Shown here: positions 45,762-47,075 of the stretch, in pieces
How positions within the stretch are numbered: position 1 is the stretch's first letter
How the letters are laid out: each line of letters opens with the position of its first letter
The notes under the pieces: generated by a model
What the model was told of the DNA's origin: nothing
What the model saw: only the letters and a program-made list of their open reading frames with translations
Database searches by the model: none
Position numbers and translations under genes: made by a program
Assembly (NCBI RefSeq): GCF_011745625.1
Contig: NW_027191456.1
Span: 1,116,001-1,163,075, forward strand
Source: Cladosporium halotolerans
Lineage: Eukaryota
Direction of reading: 5' to 3'
DNA: 47,075 bases

Positions 45762-47000
45762 AATTTGCCTTTCCTTGTCAGAGAAAATCAGAAAATGAGC
45801 AGATGAAGAAAGGACGGAAAAGAGTTGTAATAACGTCAGGCAATGGTGATGCAGTACAGCTTGTTTAAGTGACGTGTTTCCGCAACTCCAACTGGCATGG
45901 CAGACCCTAGATGTTCTATGTTACTGGCAGGGTGAAAGCAGGCGGTCGATAGTTAACTGGAAGCGTTGAGTGGGGAAGGGAGACACATTTCAAGCGACGC
46001 CAACGACAAGAACCCCGGGCGGAGATCTATGAGGGCAACACGTTCCAAGACGCGATACTAGAGTAGATTTCCGGATGGGGCTCAGAGGACTGTCCGACGT
46101 AATGTTGACGTTTAGCTATGTGAACAGCTAAGTAGCGTCGCAATGACGATTTGACGTGTTCATTCCCTTCGGGATTCTTCCCGTAGTAAACCTTACGCGT
46201 CACGCGATCAAAAGCGCGCGATAAGACTCGAGAAATGGCTATCATGACGTGGTTGTCGTAGTAGGTTCGCGTTCCGCAAACTTTGGACCCGCAAGCCATC
46301 AGCGCTACAGTAAGATGACATTTGCGAGAAAGGAGCATAGTATTTCCAGCGCGAGGGTTTTGAACATTCTGTGGACGATGAAAAGTACAGTTACATTCAT
46401 CGCGGAGTATTATGGTTAGCGCTCTCCGCATGGCAAGACATATCTGAGTCTGAAGCATTTTTTGGTTGCAGTCTTCACTATCTTTGGGCCCGTTACCATC
46501 GAAAGCAGGACGTCCCATCGTCCAACCGAAAGTTTTTAGGCTTTGAAAGACCCTGACGCGTCCTAATATAAATGAATATCCTCAATTCTCCGGGTGAGAA
46601 CGAGATCTTAACAGTTGTAAATGAAGGTAGCAGCACGTAAATATTCTTTCTTTCTACGGATAGAGACACTTTCAGATTGATCTCAATGAAGAACCTCATG
46701 GATCCCAAATCTTCGGATGCGCGATAGTTGAACACCGAAGGACTGCATCTCCAGCTATACTCCGGGTCTGAAAGCCTTTACGCTAGTCTTACCTTAGTCC
46801 ATCATTACTGGCGATGTCCCGCTAAACACATGAAGAAGGCTTCAGCCTGTGCCGGCAAAGAAGCTTTTGATCAGGACCTGGGCATTCTCGACTTTGTGGT
46901 GGAGCATCTTCACAACCCCTATGTAGATCCTTGCCGCCCATGCTGGTTGCAGTAGCGTACATGCACGCCCCATGGTCATAGATCTTGAATCTTGATTTTC

Positions 47001-47068
47001 TCAATCAGATAATCAATCAGGTAATCAATCAATCAGGTCCCTGATTGAGCTCGGACCTGAATAATCAG
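47001..47068. repeat. Cluster of short AATC/AATCAG direct repeats with nested inverted repeats at the window edge
   Basis: TCAATCAGATAATCAATCAGGTAATCAATCAATCAGGTCCCTGATTGA..GGACCTGAATAATCAG; TCAGGTCC/GGACCTGA and CAATCAG/CTGATTG are complementary. Confidence 0.6.
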
Positions 47069-47075
47069 ATTCAGT

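Overview
Gene-dense (~55% GC by eye) eukaryotic DNA from a filamentous ascomycete, probably a Dothideomycete (inferred from short GT-AG introns with CTRAY branch sites, intron-containing tRNAs and the fungal gene set). About 22 protein genes can be modelled by hand: AP-3 sigma, cytosolic LeuRS, GH27 alpha-galactosidase, GH65 acid trehalase, glycine decarboxylase P, a UCH deubiquitinase, an FAD monooxygenase, Pol III subunit Rpc31, TANGO2/NRDE, HVA22/REEP, a Pex23/30-family peroxin, Pam16, a GlcG/HbpS protein, a DAGK/sphingosine-kinase-like protein, a membrane-anchored fucose-lectin-like propeller, a PSD/PsiD-like decarboxylase and several hypotheticals. Three tRNA genes (Asp-GTC, Glu-TTC, Arg-ACG) lie on the minus strand. 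The most interesting signals are: (1) a non-coding segment at ~22.65-23.15 kb with a telomeric CCCTAA tract inside a hairpin/template/pseudoknot arrangement, a candidate telomerase RNA gene; (2) a non-AUG, mitochondrial-presequence-like extension on the cytosolic LeuRS; (3) a possible alternative N-terminus hidden in intron 1 of RPC31; (4) a UCH with Asn at the catalytic Asp position. All calls are from manual reading; no database searches or folding programs were run.
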